Positions 33,703 to 46,452 of a DNA stretch of 64,000 nucleotides are shown piece by piece. Made by a program: the position numbers and the translations under genes. The DNA is taken from positions 139,624,001-139,688,000 of the forward strand of contig OX597814.1 of assembly GCA_951406725.2 (NCBI GenBank), written 5' to 3'. Each line of letters begins with the position of its first letter. Positions within the stretch are counted from its first letter, which is position 1. Source of the DNA: Octopus vulgaris. Its lineage: Eukaryota. The notes below the pieces were generated by a model. It was given only the letters and a program-made list of their open reading frames with translations, did not search any database and was not told where the DNA came from.

Positions 33703-33745
<43 letters not shown>

Positions 33746-34238
33746 GAGGATCTGTCAGGATTGTCTATGTGTCTGCACCTTTGTACTTAGGCTTAGACAA
33801 AGTTTTTATTTGTATGGAAGATTGGTAGTTGCCCATGTATGCAAGTTACCCCTTATCATGCCACTGATGTTGTCCAAAGGAAAGGACACTGCTGCCGAGC
33901 CGATACAGCTTGGCACCAATACCATTGCAGGCATTGCTGACAGAATGCAAAGGGCTGGAAAAGATATGCCCACAAGATATTAGTTGACTTAGGGCTATGG
34001 TAGAAGATACTTACTCAAGGTGCTGGGGTGTGGAACTGAAATCAAAACCATATGGTTACAAAGCAACTTTCTTAACCACACATCCATCCTTGGGTTAGTT
34101 CCTTTTTAACTGACCCTGTCCCCTGAAGATATGGAAGGCTACATTGACTTCAGGGCCTTGATGGAATTTGAACACAGAGTGGAGAGAGTTGGAACAAATA
34201 CTGCAAAACATTCTAGCTAATGGTCCAATGACTCTGAT

Positions 34239-34415
34239 CAGGGCCTTCAAGCAAAATTTCGCAGGGCAAAGGTCTCCTTTTGGGCTCATTGGTGGAGAGG
34301 GATTTCTCTCAATGTTTAAAGGTGCTGTGAGTTCATTTTTTTAGAAGGAGCCTGTCGGATGTGCATGGGCCTGAGTCCATTGTATCAGTAGAACCCAAAC
34401 CTCTTAAAAGCCCTG
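34239..34415. mobile_element. hAT-like MITE inserted in a decayed family B SINE
   Basis: TIR cagggccttcaag / cttaaaagccctg; partial 8-bp TSD actctgat / actctccc. Confidence 0.6.
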
Positions 34416-34855
34416 ACTCTCCCAGTTTGCTGTCTTTGATAAAGCCAACTTAACTATAAATATTTTCATGCCAAAAAAAAAAAAAAAAAAATTGAAGATG
34501 TCAGAACAGAAATTGTATTCTAAATTCCTTTGATGTTGTTCTTATCTGAGGTACTGAATCCCTGTGCATCACTATTTAGGCAAGATAAATATGAGAACTA
34601 TGTTATAATCTGCAGTTCAAGATTTGATAAAAATTTGTGTGGGTAAAATGTCAGTCTCTTCTGTTATACTTAAGTCCTCCAACTTTGCTCTCAAAGGCAG
34701 TAAACACCAGCTCTACTACGCATGAAAGTAAAGCAAATAACTAAGAATAAACTAAAAAAAAAGCAACTTGGTGATGGAACAACAGACTAATTAGACAATT
34801 AATTTAGTGTTCTACAGTGCCAAAATTGAACGTTATCACGTTATCAGCAAAGTAA

Positions 34856-34898
<43 letters not shown>

Positions 34899-34911
34899 AA
34901 CATGCATACAT

Positions 34912-34964
<53 letters not shown>

Positions 34965-35651
34965 CTGTAATCTTAAATTCTTGGCTGCTTGTACTGTTTA
35001 TTATGCTAGTTCCAGTGCTTGTGGAACATTGAAATGTTGTTGTTAGATTACTTGATATGCTGTTTACATATTTTATACACCTGTTGTTTGTATTAGCAGT
35101 AATGTATTAAGTTTGTATTAATTTCCTGTAGACTTAAGCGTGACCACTTTTTTTAATGATCTTCATCTTTTTTTATCAGTTCCTCCCTCTGCTTAATAAT
35201 GCTTTATCTTTCCCGAGCCAACAAACAAGCCACTACATGATTGGCTGGTCACCTTGCTAGAAATAGCAACAAAATCCGTAAAAAAAAGTGATATATTGAA
35301 TACAGTGTAGTGTCAGAAATACAGGTTGATCATATTTAGAATGGCATGTGGTTAATCACAGGTCTTTTTAGATTAGAGGTGATCTAGGATTAAACAACAT
35401 TTATGTAAATTCATCAAGCCAAAATGGGACCCTTTACATGGTTGCTTTTCCTGCTAGAAACAGCAGCTAAACCTCCTAGTCACACTCTATCATTTTAACT
35501 AAAGAAAATGCAGACATGGCTGTGTGGTAAGAAATTTGCTTCTCAACCACATGGTTCTGGGTTCAGTACCAATGTGTGACACCTTGGGCAACCTCGTGAG
35601 TGGTCAACCTTGTGAGTGGATATGGTAGACTGAAACTAAAAGAAGCCCATC

Positions 35652-35691
<40 letters not shown>

Positions 35692-35849
35692 ATTATCATC
35701 ATCATCAACATCTGCTTTCCATGCTGGCATGGACTGGACAATTTGAGTTGGCCAGGTATGAGCCTGCACCAAACTTCTGTCTGTTTTGGATTTTATGGCT
35801 GGATGCCCTTCCTAACACCAGCCACTCAGCAGAGTGGATTATATATATA

Positions 35850-36168
35850 TCAAAATAAGCAACAAGAATAACTTCGGTAATTTGGTACGATCGTTTCGCA
35901 CTACATCATTTTATTAAATGTTGTATGTATTACAACAGTTTTAAAATGCTGAGCACTCATCAGCCATTAATAGAGGTTAAAACTCTTGTAATACTTACAA
36001 CATTTAATAAAATGATGTAGTGTGAAACGATCGTACCAAATTACCGAAGTTATTCTTGTTACTTATTTTGATCATTATCACCCCATGGATTTATATGGAT
36101 AACACCATACAAAATTCTGGTGCATCTAACTTAAGTACCATATTCATTTGAATCTAAATTTTGCTGAA

Positions 36169-36170
<2 letters not shown>
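35850..36170. mobile_element. PLE-type fold-back insertion in (TA)n
   Basis: Arms of about 95 bp (35850-35946 / 35977-36072) with few mismatches, plus a unique 3' extension. Confidence 0.8.
35883..35966 (-). ncRNA. Type-I hammerhead motif with long stem II
   Basis: tgg-CTGATGA-gtgct[about 50 nt]agtgc-GAAA-cgatcg-TA-cca; palindromic ACGATCGT stem III, GUA site. Confidence 0.65.
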
Positions 36171-36224
<54 letters not shown>

Positions 36225-36879
36225 TTCTCTCTGTTTCGGCCTACCAAAAAACATCTGTTTTTTATGTGTGTGTGTGTCGTTTCCACATCGTGTGATAGTT
36301 GTAAATAGTTGTAAATGAGTGTCACTCTCATACAAGTAGTACCATTCATTTCTAATATTCTGCGAGAACATGTCTGGTCATGAGGAAACATTATCTTACT
36401 TAGCAATGGCTGACTGTTGGCAGCAGGAAAGCCGTCTGTCTGTAGATGATCTGTCTCAAATAATCTTCATCCGAAATATACAAGCATAGAAAAGCAGATG
36501 TTAAAATGATGATGGTGAAAATGAGGATACACAAGTCAATGAAGTTCCTGAGAAACAAAAGATAGATGATAGATGATCACAGCTAGAATGTCTTTAATCA
36601 CAGGTCTACTTTATGAAGATTGATCAGGACTAAACAACAATAGTAAATTCATATTTCTCAACTTTTGTTTTACATTCAGCCATTTTTACAGATTAACATT
36701 TAGTTCAACCACAATATTGATTTGATTTCTTTTCAAGATTTTAAAATTCCTGTTGGTATTACTTTTAGATAATATTTCAGATTATAAAGACAGGTGAGTT
36801 AGTAACAAATATTTGAGTTTTGGGAAGATACGTCACCACTGGCGAGAGATCATTAATCTGAATTCAAAGCTTACTATAA

Positions 36880-37300
36880 TTTTTTTGTTTCTGATGTTGG
36901 TTCATGGTCAGCAATTTTGACTGGTTCTTTATTTTATTGACCCTAGATGGGTGAAAAGCGAATTTAACCTTGGTGGGATTTGAACTCAGAACAAAACATT
37001 TTGTCCTAGGCTCTAATGATTTTGCCAATCCACTGTCCTAAAAAGAAAAAAAAAAAAGTTCACTTTAATGAGTCAATTATCATAATTCTTGCAAATTTTG
37101 CCCAAGACCATCAGTTTTAAGGGAGAGGATAAGTTGATTACATCGACCCCAGTAAATGTCTGGTACTTTATTTTATCAACCACAAAAGGACAAAAGGCAA
37201 AGTTGACCTTGGTGGGATTTGAGCTCAGAATGTAAAGAGTCAAAAGAAAAACCACCCAACATTTCATCCAGCATGCTAATGATTCTCCTAGCGTACTGCA
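36880..37300 (-). mobile_element. Two decayed family B SINEs
   Basis: aaaggcaaagttgaccttggtgggatttgagctcagaa cores. Confidence 0.75.
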
Positions 37301-37687
37301 TTAATGAGTCCAATATAATAAGCTGCAGTATAATTAAAGTGAGTGTATCTTTATTTCTGACAGAATGAATCTTGTTACTAGGCAGAATAAATCTTTATTT
37401 TCAAGTTGTATATTCGTCCATAGGTGATGAATATAGCAGTTGATATAATGGCCTGACTTGTTATGTGTAAAATGGATTGATACATTGATTCTCATCTGCA
37501 ATTCTTTATCGATTGTATATATGTGTGTTGGACCAACACTACATTGTTTTTTTCTTTTTTTTTTTTGTCTTTTTGTAATGATGGTTTGAGGAAAATGATT
37601 AAATATCAATAATAAATGATTAAATATTGTTTTAATCTTCATTTTCCATGCTGGCATGGATCAAAATAAAAAATCTGCACGCAGCAT

Positions 37688-37857
37688 CTTTATCTTTTAT
37701 TGTTTAGGTTTCAGTCATTGTTTTGTGGCCATGCTGGGGCACTGCCTCAAATGGTGTAGTCAAACAGATCGATCCCAGTACTTATTTTCAAAGTCTGGTA
37801 CTTATTCTATTGGTCTCTTTTACTGAACTGCTATGTTACAGGGATGTAAACACCACC

Positions 37858-37889
<32 letters not shown>

Positions 37890-38885
37890 CTACAGTTACC
37901 TTATATTTAGTAACCATTTTGTGATCAGCCATTTTTATAGATTAACATTTTGTTCAAAGGCAGTACTGCATTGATTTCTTTGCAAGATTTCAAAAATCCT
38001 GTTGATATCATTTTTAGATATCATTTTATATTATGTGCTGCCTGACTGGCCCTCATGGTGGTGGCACATAAAAAGAAACCACTACACTCTTGAAGTGGTT
38101 GGCATTAGGAAGGGCATCCAGCTGTAGAAACTTTGCCAGATCAAATTGGAGCCTGGTACAGCAGCCTTCTGGCTCACCAGTCCTCAGTCAAACCATCCAG
38201 CCCATGCCAGCATGGAAGGTGGACATTAAATGACAACGACGATGATGATGATGAAGTCAGTTAGTAGCAAATATTTGAGTTTTGTAAAGATACGTCATCG
38301 CTGGTGTAATTATCAAGTGGTGGTGGTGATGGGGAACAAATACCATAACATACACATCTATATCTTTAATGGCTTTGTGGTAACAAGCTTGCTTCCCAAC
38401 CACAGGATTCAGTCCCACTGTAGCACCTTGGGCAAGTATATTCTACTATCGCCTTGAACCAACCAAAGCCATGTGAGTGGATTTGGAAACTGAAAGAAGT
38501 CCATCTCCATAAATATATATCTATGTGTATGTGAATTTGTGTCTGTGTTTGTCCCCTACTGGTTGACAACCGGTGTTGGTGTGTTTACATCCCTGTAACT
38601 TTAGTCTGGCAAAAAAAGACCAATAGAATAAGCACCAGGCTTAGCAAAAAGTAAGTACTGGGGTCAATTCATTCGACTAAAAATTCTTCAAAGCAGTACC
38701 CCATCATGGTCACAGTCAAATGATTGTAAGAAGGAAAAGATAAAAGGTAAAATATATATTTACAACAGACTTCTGCCAAATTTACTTACAAGGCTCATGT
38801 CAGCCTTGCACAAGATGCCATGCTGTAGGACTGAACCTGAAATTACATGGTTGCAAAGTGAGTTTCTTAACCATATAGCCATGAT
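37688..38885. mobile_element. Nested cluster: SINE A (minus), RTE tail (plus, 38035-38255), SINE A (plus, 38368-38750), SINE A head (minus)
   Basis: Matches to the reference copies described above. Confidence 0.8.
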
Positions 38886-39079
38886 TATGCCTTTTATTCA
38901 CCACTGCATCATTTGAAAATATTGTAGCTGATCAAGCTTATTCCATCTTTTCCTGTGGGTAGATTTGAAATCAGCACTACAACTTAATTATACATTTGTC
39001 AGTTATGTATTACTGTCACAATTTGATATGATAGTTGTATGTTCCTGTGACACCTATTTCACATTAATATACTAAAGCA

Positions 39080-39455
39080 GCTTTCAAGCATTGGGCCTCA
39101 CGGAAGCAAAGTGGTCGATGCCGGTAGCATAAGAAAAGCTCCTTTCGAGTGTTGAGCCTCATGGAAGCAATGATGAAATGACCAAGACCTTTGGCATTAT
39201 GTTGTGCTTGAGAAGAAGACCCATCAAGCCAAGTAAAATTGCAGTCATAGCAGATACTGGTGTCATGCAAATGGCACCCATGCCAGTGGCATGTATAAGC
39301 ACCCCTTACATTCTCAGAGTGGCTGGTGTTAGAAAGGGCATCCAGCCATAGAAAATGTGCCAAATCAGATTGGAATCTGGTGCAGCCTTCCAGCTTGCCA
39401 GCCCTGATCAGATCGTCTAACCTATGCCAGTATGGACAAATAATGATGATGACTT
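39080..39455 (+). mobile_element. RTE LINE 3' fragment
   Basis: Homologous to 10590-10980, including the duplicated ttgggcctcacggaagcaa segment. Confidence 0.85.
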
Positions 39456-40979
39456 GCAACAGCTTTAGATTAAAATATCAGTGTGTATACACATTTATAA
39501 TGTGTATACAAACATGGAACAGCACTAGCTGTAATATTTTCTCTTAGAGAAATTTCTGTAAGAAAAACAGGGCTTCACTCAGAGCACCAGTAGATCATTA
39601 GACACAGTGTTTTGATTTGATTTTGTCTCCTCAAAGACTAATATCCCAAATGCTCTGAGCTAAAGAGAAAATGTTTATTCTTGTACAGAAATCAGTAATC
39701 ATACTATTTAGTGATTTGTGTGAAAGTTTGTGTATTTAACCATGGTTTCTATGGCTGGATAACCTTTTACATGGTGCCAGCACAAGCTGTAATAGTTCAT
39801 CTCAAAGAAACTTCTCCAAAAGACCTGCCTGTTAAATAGGGGCTTCACTCAGAATGCTTGTGGTTCACCAGACATGGTGTTTTGACTTGGTTTGATGTTC
39901 TCAGTGATGAATACTCTGTACATTCTTAGCCAAGCAAAATGTACTTGGTCTTATATAGAAATTAGTAAACTAAACATTTACTGATTTCTGTGAAGGCTAG
40001 TCAATTTACCGATTTCTGTGAAGGCTAGTCAGGTGAGAATTAAATTAACATACTCTCTAGAAACAGGCTCACATGAAAATATTGGTGCATATACACACTT
40101 ATAATGTGTATGCAAATGTGGAACAGCACTAACTATTCATATCCACCCCCACTGATAATTTGAGTCATTGAGTTTTACTTACCTCTGCAACAAATAATGC
40201 TTGGCCCTCAGTTGGATACTGTCTCTGGATACAAACTGCTGATGCTTTTTTATGGTAGGGTAGGATCCTATCAACCTTTCCATATGTAATTCTCATCATC
40301 TTTTATTGCTTGTGTGTGTGTGTGTAAAATGAAACAAAACAAAACTCAGTATTAATCTGTTGGTTCCAATAATCTTCCCTCTGTACATTTTCTGTTCATA
40401 AGAATTATTCTCTCTTTTTTTTCTTTAATGCAAAATACCTTAAAGTGGTAAAAGAACAGATTAAAACTGTCACCAGTTTCTAAATTTTTTTTTTAATGGT
40501 TTAAATTCTTTGAACTTTCTCTTGCAGTGTTTCATTTAAATATATTTTTAAAAAAATAACATTTAATTAAACAAACTATGCCTTCTGAAAACCAACCAAT
40601 TCACTCTGATTTAAGCACCAAAGGTCTTTTACTTAAATACTTAATAAATTAAAAAATTCTTTCAGTTGTAAAGAAAGTGATTGTAACTGTGTATGTAACA
40701 TGAAAAATCAAGTACACTTAATTGTGAAAATGTGACCTCTTCCTTGGAGCTAAACATTATTTCTTATCTAATCAAAGTAATATTCAAGATAGCATAGACT
40801 TGCTTATAACCAAGAGGTTTGATACTTTAATGTAGTGTACAGAAATGTTCTTGTTATTTTAACACGTTCTAAAAATTCAGATTAACGATGAGATAACCAA
40901 AAGTTTTAAAAAGTAATTAATCGGTGATTACTTTTTCTTGAAAAGTATTTGAACTCTATACAATATAAATCTTTATTAT

Positions 40980-41480
40980 TACCATCTCTACCACCACCAC
41001 TGCTGCCACCACCACCAATACTGCCACCACCACTGCCACCATATCACATTTTGGCTCTGTACTGATTTTATGACTGTGTTTTAACTTGTATTGCCACTGA
41101 CGGCAATAATCCTGATGCTGCTGTCCATGCAGTAATAGTAATGCTGATGACAGCAACAGTGCTGCTGCTGCTGATGGTGATGATAATTGCAGTATTGCTG
41201 TTGGTCAGAGTAATAGCAATATGTTTGCTGCTGCCAATGATGATGACATTAATGGCTTTGCAGCAACAGCTACTGCTGATGGTGACGATAATAGTGATGC
41301 TCTGATGACAAATAATAGCAATTCAGCTGTAACTGATGACAGTAATAATAATACTGCTGCTGCTGCTGCTGCTGCTGAAGATGATGACAATAATAGTGAT
41401 ACTAATACTGCTACTACAGGTGTTAGTAATGGCAATGCATCTGATATATCTGCTGCTACTGTTGCTGATGCGACAATAAC
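40980..41480. repeat. Degenerate trinucleotide array (CCA, GCT, GAT, AAT)
   Basis: Low-complexity triplets; source of the Ala/Asp/Asn-rich ORF 41221-41559. Confidence 0.85.
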
Positions 41481-41649
41481 AAAGAAAACTCACTTGTTTT
41501 TAAGTTGCTATATGTTGCTGATCTGGATAGATTTTAGTGGTAGAATCTTATGTTTTTAGTGGATAGTTTTAGTGGTAGAGTGTTGCTGAATGGTAAATGG
41601 CTTAGTGGTAGAATCTTACTTCATGGTAAATAGTTTAGTGGTAGAATAA

Positions 41650-42055
41650 GGCGGCAAGCTGGTAGAGACGTTAGCACGCCGGGCGAAATACTTAGCAGTA
41701 TTTCGTCTGCAGTTACATTCTGAGTTCAAATTCCGCCGAGGCCGACTTTGCCTTTCATCCTTTCGGGGGGTCGATAAATTAAGTACCGGTTACGCACTGG
41801 GGTCGATATAATTGACTTAATCTGTTTGTCTGTCCCTGTTTGTCCCCTCTGTGTTTAGCCCCTTGTGGGTAGTAAAGAAATAGGTGTTTTGTCTGCCGTT
41901 AAGTTCTGAGTTCAAATTCCGCCGAGGTCGACTTTGCCTTTCATCCTTTTGGGGGTCGATAAATTAAGTACCAGTTACGCACTGGGGTTGATATAATCGA
42001 CTTCATCCGTTTGTCTGTCCTTGTTTAGCCCCTTGTGGATAGTAAAGAAATAGGT
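41650..42055 (+). mobile_element. Dimeric SINE family B, young
   Basis: One head ggcggcaagctggtagagacgttagcacgccgggcg, then two core-plus-tail units ending gtaaagaaatagg. Confidence 0.92.
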
Positions 42056-42644
42056 AAATAGTTTAGTGGTAGAGTCTCATTTAGTGATAGAATCTTAATG
42101 ATTGGTAGAGTATTGCTCAGTAGTAGATAGTTTGATGGTAGAGTCTTGCCATGTAGCAGATAGTTAAGAGATATAGTCGTGCTTAATGGTAGTCTTGATT
42201 AGTGGTAGATAATTTAGTAGCAAGGTCTTACTCCATGGTAGAGTCTCATTTAATGGTAGAATCTTATTGATTGGTAGAATGTTGCCCAGTAGTTGAAAGT
42301 TTAGTGTGGTGGAGTCTTGCCACATAGTATATAGTTTAGTGATATAATCATGATTAGTAGTAGATAATTTAGTAGCAGGGTCTTACTTCAGGGTAGATAG
42401 TTTAATGGTAGACTCTCACTTAGTGGTAGAATCTTATTGATTGGTAGAATATTGCATAGTAGTAGAGTCTTGCCATATAGCAGTTAAGTGATATAGTCAT
42501 GTTTAGTGGTAGTCTAGATTAGTGATAGAGTCTTGTTTAGTGGTATAGTCTTGTTTAATGATAGACTTGACTAGTAGTAGATAGTTTAGTGGTTTAGTCT
42601 TGGTTAGTGATAGAATCTTGCCTAGTATTAGATAGTTTAGTGGT

Positions 42645-42975
42645 AATGGCTCAGTGGTTAGAGTATCAGGCTCACAAATCATAGAGGTAGTGAGTTTAAT
42701 TCTCAGACCAGGCTGTGTGTTGTGTTCTTCAGCAAGAAACTTTATTTCATGTTGCTCCAGTTCACTCAGCTGTAGAAATGAGTTGCAATGTCACTGGTGC
42801 CAAGCCTTTGCCTTTCCCTTGGATAACATCTGTGGCATGGAGAGGGGAGGCTAGTATGCATAGGGGACTGCTGGTCTTCTACAAGCAACCTTGCCCGGAT
42901 TCATACCTTGGTGGGGAACTTTCTAGGTACAATCCCATGGTCATTCATGATCAAAGGTGGGGGGTCTTTACTCTT
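42645..42975 (+). mobile_element. tRNA-derived SINE family D
   Basis: A box tggctcagtgg, B-box-like gagtttaattc, ttgtgttcttcagcaag..ccagttcactcagctg central domain. Confidence 0.75.
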
Positions 42976-43561
42976 TTAGTGGTAGAATCTTGCTTAGTGG
43001 TATACTTTTGTTTAATGGAAGTCTTAATTAGTGATAGATAGTTGAGTAGGAGAGTTTTGCTTGGTGGTATAATTTTATTTCGAGGTAGTTTTGCTTACTA
43101 GTAGATAATTTAGTGGTAGAATCCTGCTGAGTGGTAGATAATGTAATGAAATAGTGCTGTCTGGTGATAGATAATTTTGTACTATCATCTTGTCTAATGG
43201 CAGAAAGGTCAGTGGTAGAGAGATGGATGGTATAGTTTTGTTTAGTGGTAGAATCTTTATTAGTGATAGACAGTTTTGTAGCGTAGTCTTACTCAGTTGT
43301 TGATTGTTTAGTGGTAGAACCAACCTTTCTTTGTGGTAGATAATTTCATGCTATACTTTTGTCTAGTAGTAGATAATTTAGTGAGAAAAACTTGCTTTTG
43401 CCTAAGAGGCTTCAAGTATTTCACCTTATCTTCAAGAGACGACACAATTTAACACTTTAACTTGAGGAAACAATTAGGATGTTAATAATGTGTTTGTGTC
43501 TGTATGTGTAAATATGTTATATATGTGCATGTATATGAGTGTGTGTGTGTGTATGTATGTA

Positions 43562-43607
<46 letters not shown>

Positions 43608-43616
43608 GTATAAATT

Positions 43617-44480
43617 CTTTTTCTTTTATTGTTTTATTTCTTTCAGTCATTTGACTGTGGCTGTGCTGGAGCACCACCTTTAGTCAAACAAATCGACCCC
43701 AGGACTTATTCTTTATAAGCCTAGTACTTATTCTCTCAGTCTCTTTTGCCGAACCACTACTTTATGGGGAAGTAAACACATCAACATCGGTTGTTGAGAG
43801 ATGGCAGGGGGGGTGGCACAAACATAGACACTCAAACATGTATGTATGTATGTGTATATATATATATATATATTATCTGTTACTTGTTTCAATCATTTGA
43901 CTGTGGTCATGCTGGGGTGCACTACATTGGAGAGTTTTAGTTGAATGAATTGACCCCAGGACTTATTTTTTGAGCCTAGTACTTATTCTATCAGTCCCTT
44001 CTGTGTTTGTCCCCATAACTTTTGCTAAGTTATGGGGACAGAAAACAAAAAAAACAGACAGGTGAGAGAACAGCAAGCAGATGTATTAGTTTGATGCTCA
44101 GGAAAAATGGAGAAGTCTTTGACATTTCGAGCCTGTTCTCTTTGACAGAAGGGGATGAGAGGGAAAAAAATGGAGAGAGAAAAAAATGTGTAAGGATTAA
44201 CGATTTAACTGAATGAAATGACCAGAGGAAAGAGGCTGAGTGAAAGGGAGATAATAATGGTGACCTGGCTGAAATGGAGTGCACAAGAATGCATATGTAA
44301 GAATGGTGTGTGTGAGTGTGTATGACCAGCTTCTTTCAGTTTCCATTTACCAAATTGGCTCACAAGGCTTTGGTTGACCTGAGGCTATATTAGAAGATAC
44401 CTGCCGAAGATGCCATACAGTGGAACTGAATCCGGAACCATGTAGTTGTGAAGCAAGCTTCTTGCCATGTTTGTGCCTAT
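43617..44480 (-). mobile_element. SINE family A fragments
   Basis: Tails at 43617-43840 and 43875-44045; head at 44325-44480. Confidence 0.8.
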
Positions 44481-44566
<86 letters not shown>

Positions 44567-44627
44567 TCTCTCTCCCCCACCCCTCTCTCTATTTCCAGAC
44601 ACACACATAAAATATATATAAATCTGA

Positions 44628-44935
44628 TGGTGCATGGCTTAGTGGTTAGGGTGTTGTACTCATAATTGCTAGATTGTGATTTCAATTCCTAGACTGAGTG
44701 GTGCATTGTGTTCTTGAGCAAAACACTTCATGTCACGTTGCTATGCAATCTCTTTGACACCTGATGTATGGTACACTGTGCACCTGTTCAGACAATGTCG
44801 ATTTGATGGAGAGAGCAAGCTAATGTGCTGCATGGACATTTAATCACTATAAACAAATCATTTGTGCAGATCATTTGGTAAAAGCTGAATACTCATAAGT
44901 CATCTTTGATGGGAGAGTCAGGCTGTCTACAGTAG
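44628..44935 (+). mobile_element. tRNA-derived SINE family E
   Basis: A box tggcttagtgg, B-box-like atttcaattcc, ttgtgttcttgagcaaaacactt domain. Confidence 0.7.
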
Positions 44936-45089
44936 AAAGCTGACCAAAGCATTCTACTGTAGACAGGCCTATCAAAGCCTTGTGAATGGATTTGGTAGCT
45001 AGAAACTAAAAGTAGTCCGTGTGAGCTGGCAGAAACATTAGCATGCCGGGTGAAATGCTTAATGGTATTTTGTCTGCCACTACGTTCTG

Positions 45090-45568
45090 AGTGGCATGTA
45101 AAAAGCACCGACTGATCGTTACAGATGACAGTATCTCCTGACTGGCTCCTGTGCCAGTGGCACATAAAAAGCATCCACTACACTCTCGGAGTGGTTGGCG
45201 TTAGGAAGAGCATCCAGCTGTAGAAACTCTGCCAGATCTGATTGAAGCCTGGTGCAGCTGCTGGCTCTCCAGACCTCAGTCAAACCATCCAACAAACGTT
45301 AATCAATGATGATGATGATATATGTGTGTGTACATGTGTTTGTGTGTGTGTGTATATATATATGTATATATATATATATATCATCATCATCATCATCATT
45401 TAACGTCCGCTTTCCATGCTAGCATGGGTTGGACGGTTCAACTGGGGTCTGGGGAGCCCGAAGGCTGCACCAGGCCAGTCAGATCTGGCAGTGTTTCTAC
45501 AGCTGGATGCCCTTCCTAACGCCAACCACTCCGAGAGTGTAGTGGGTGATTTTATGTGCCACCGACAC
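45090..45568. mobile_element. Two RTE 3' UTR fragments in tail-to-tail orientation
   Basis: Plus copy 45090-45320 ending (atg)n; minus copy 45381-45568 starting (cat)n. Confidence 0.88.
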
Positions 45569-45852
45569 TTGAAAAAGTGAACAGAAATGACTTTTCTGAT
45601 AATTTTTCCACTTCAATAATTAGATGTTCGTAAATTATTAGGTGTTTACCAAAGGTGACTCTAATAGGAGTTACTTGCTTAAAAGCAATTTCCAAACTGA
45701 TATTTTAGAGTTTGTTATCGATTGTTTAAATAGGGAATATTTAGTGTGTATGTTTATAATTAAGCACTTCCTATTTAAACACCTTAATAACTTATGAACA
45801 TCTAACTATTAGAGAAAAATTATTAGAAAAGTCATTCTATTCATTTTCTCAA
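45569..45852. repeat. AT-rich fold-back element with about 80-bp arms and a nested internal inverted repeat
   Basis: aatgacttttctgataatttttc / gaaaaattattagaaaagtcatt; tgtttaaatagg / cctatttaaaca. Confidence 0.75.
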
Positions 45853-46159
45853 ATATATAATACTGTGCCAAGGACTTTCTATTTCTTATTCTACTATGTG
45901 TGTGTGTGTGTGTGTGTGTGTGTTGGTGTGAGTGTGGTCTTATTATGCTTGTGTTTGTTCATTGGTTTGCAGGAATTGATTAGACCTGAGAATATTTGGG
46001 TTAAATAATGATGATAGAATGGGAATTGTAGCAAATTCCACTTTAGTTTCATGAATCATTTTCTCTAAATACTCCACATCCTTCACCTTCCTACCAAAAA
46101 CCAAAATCTTTGATTTGCTAGCCAAACACAGGTATGTGCAGTTTCTCCCCAGTTCTCTC

Positions 46160-46211
<52 letters not shown>

Positions 46212-46239
46212 TACACACACACAGAGACAGACAGACAGA

Positions 46240-46452
46240 CAGAGAGGGTGTCCCAGAAGTTGCGCACCACCGTGGTTTTTTTAAAAGAATACACCCTTAT
46301 GGATTTCAAAAACACTTTATTGAAATTAATCGTAACAAATGCTCAAATTGAGCACCCTCTACAATAAAACATGCTGAAAAAATATAATAAAATAAAATGC
46401 TTCAATTATTTTTGATGAAAACCAGAATGGTGCGCGACTTCTGGGACTTCTG
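46240..46452 (-). mobile_element. Tc1/mariner-superfamily MITE
   Basis: TIR gtcccagaagttgcgcacca / tggtgcgcgacttctgggac, ctg|ta end; minus-strand transposase C-terminus SACFIVEGAQFEHLL. Confidence 0.82.

Larger units (their letters stand above)
41525..43390. repeat. Degenerate minisatellite (ttagtggtagatagt / ttagtggtagaatcttgc units)
   Basis: Dozens of tagtggtaga-containing units of 14-19 bp, interrupted by SINEs. Confidence 0.88.

Noticed and set aside
40177-40295. Minus-strand exon ending at the strong donor GAG|gtaagt
   Set aside because: No clear acceptor and the peptide is unrecognisable
41221-41559. Ala/Asp/Asn-rich 112-aa ORF
   Set aside because: Decayed trinucleotide array; open on both strands through low complexity
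41525-43390. CRISPR-like or telomeric array
   Set aside because: Eukaryotic context, no unique spacers, no cas genes, and units are not TTAGGG
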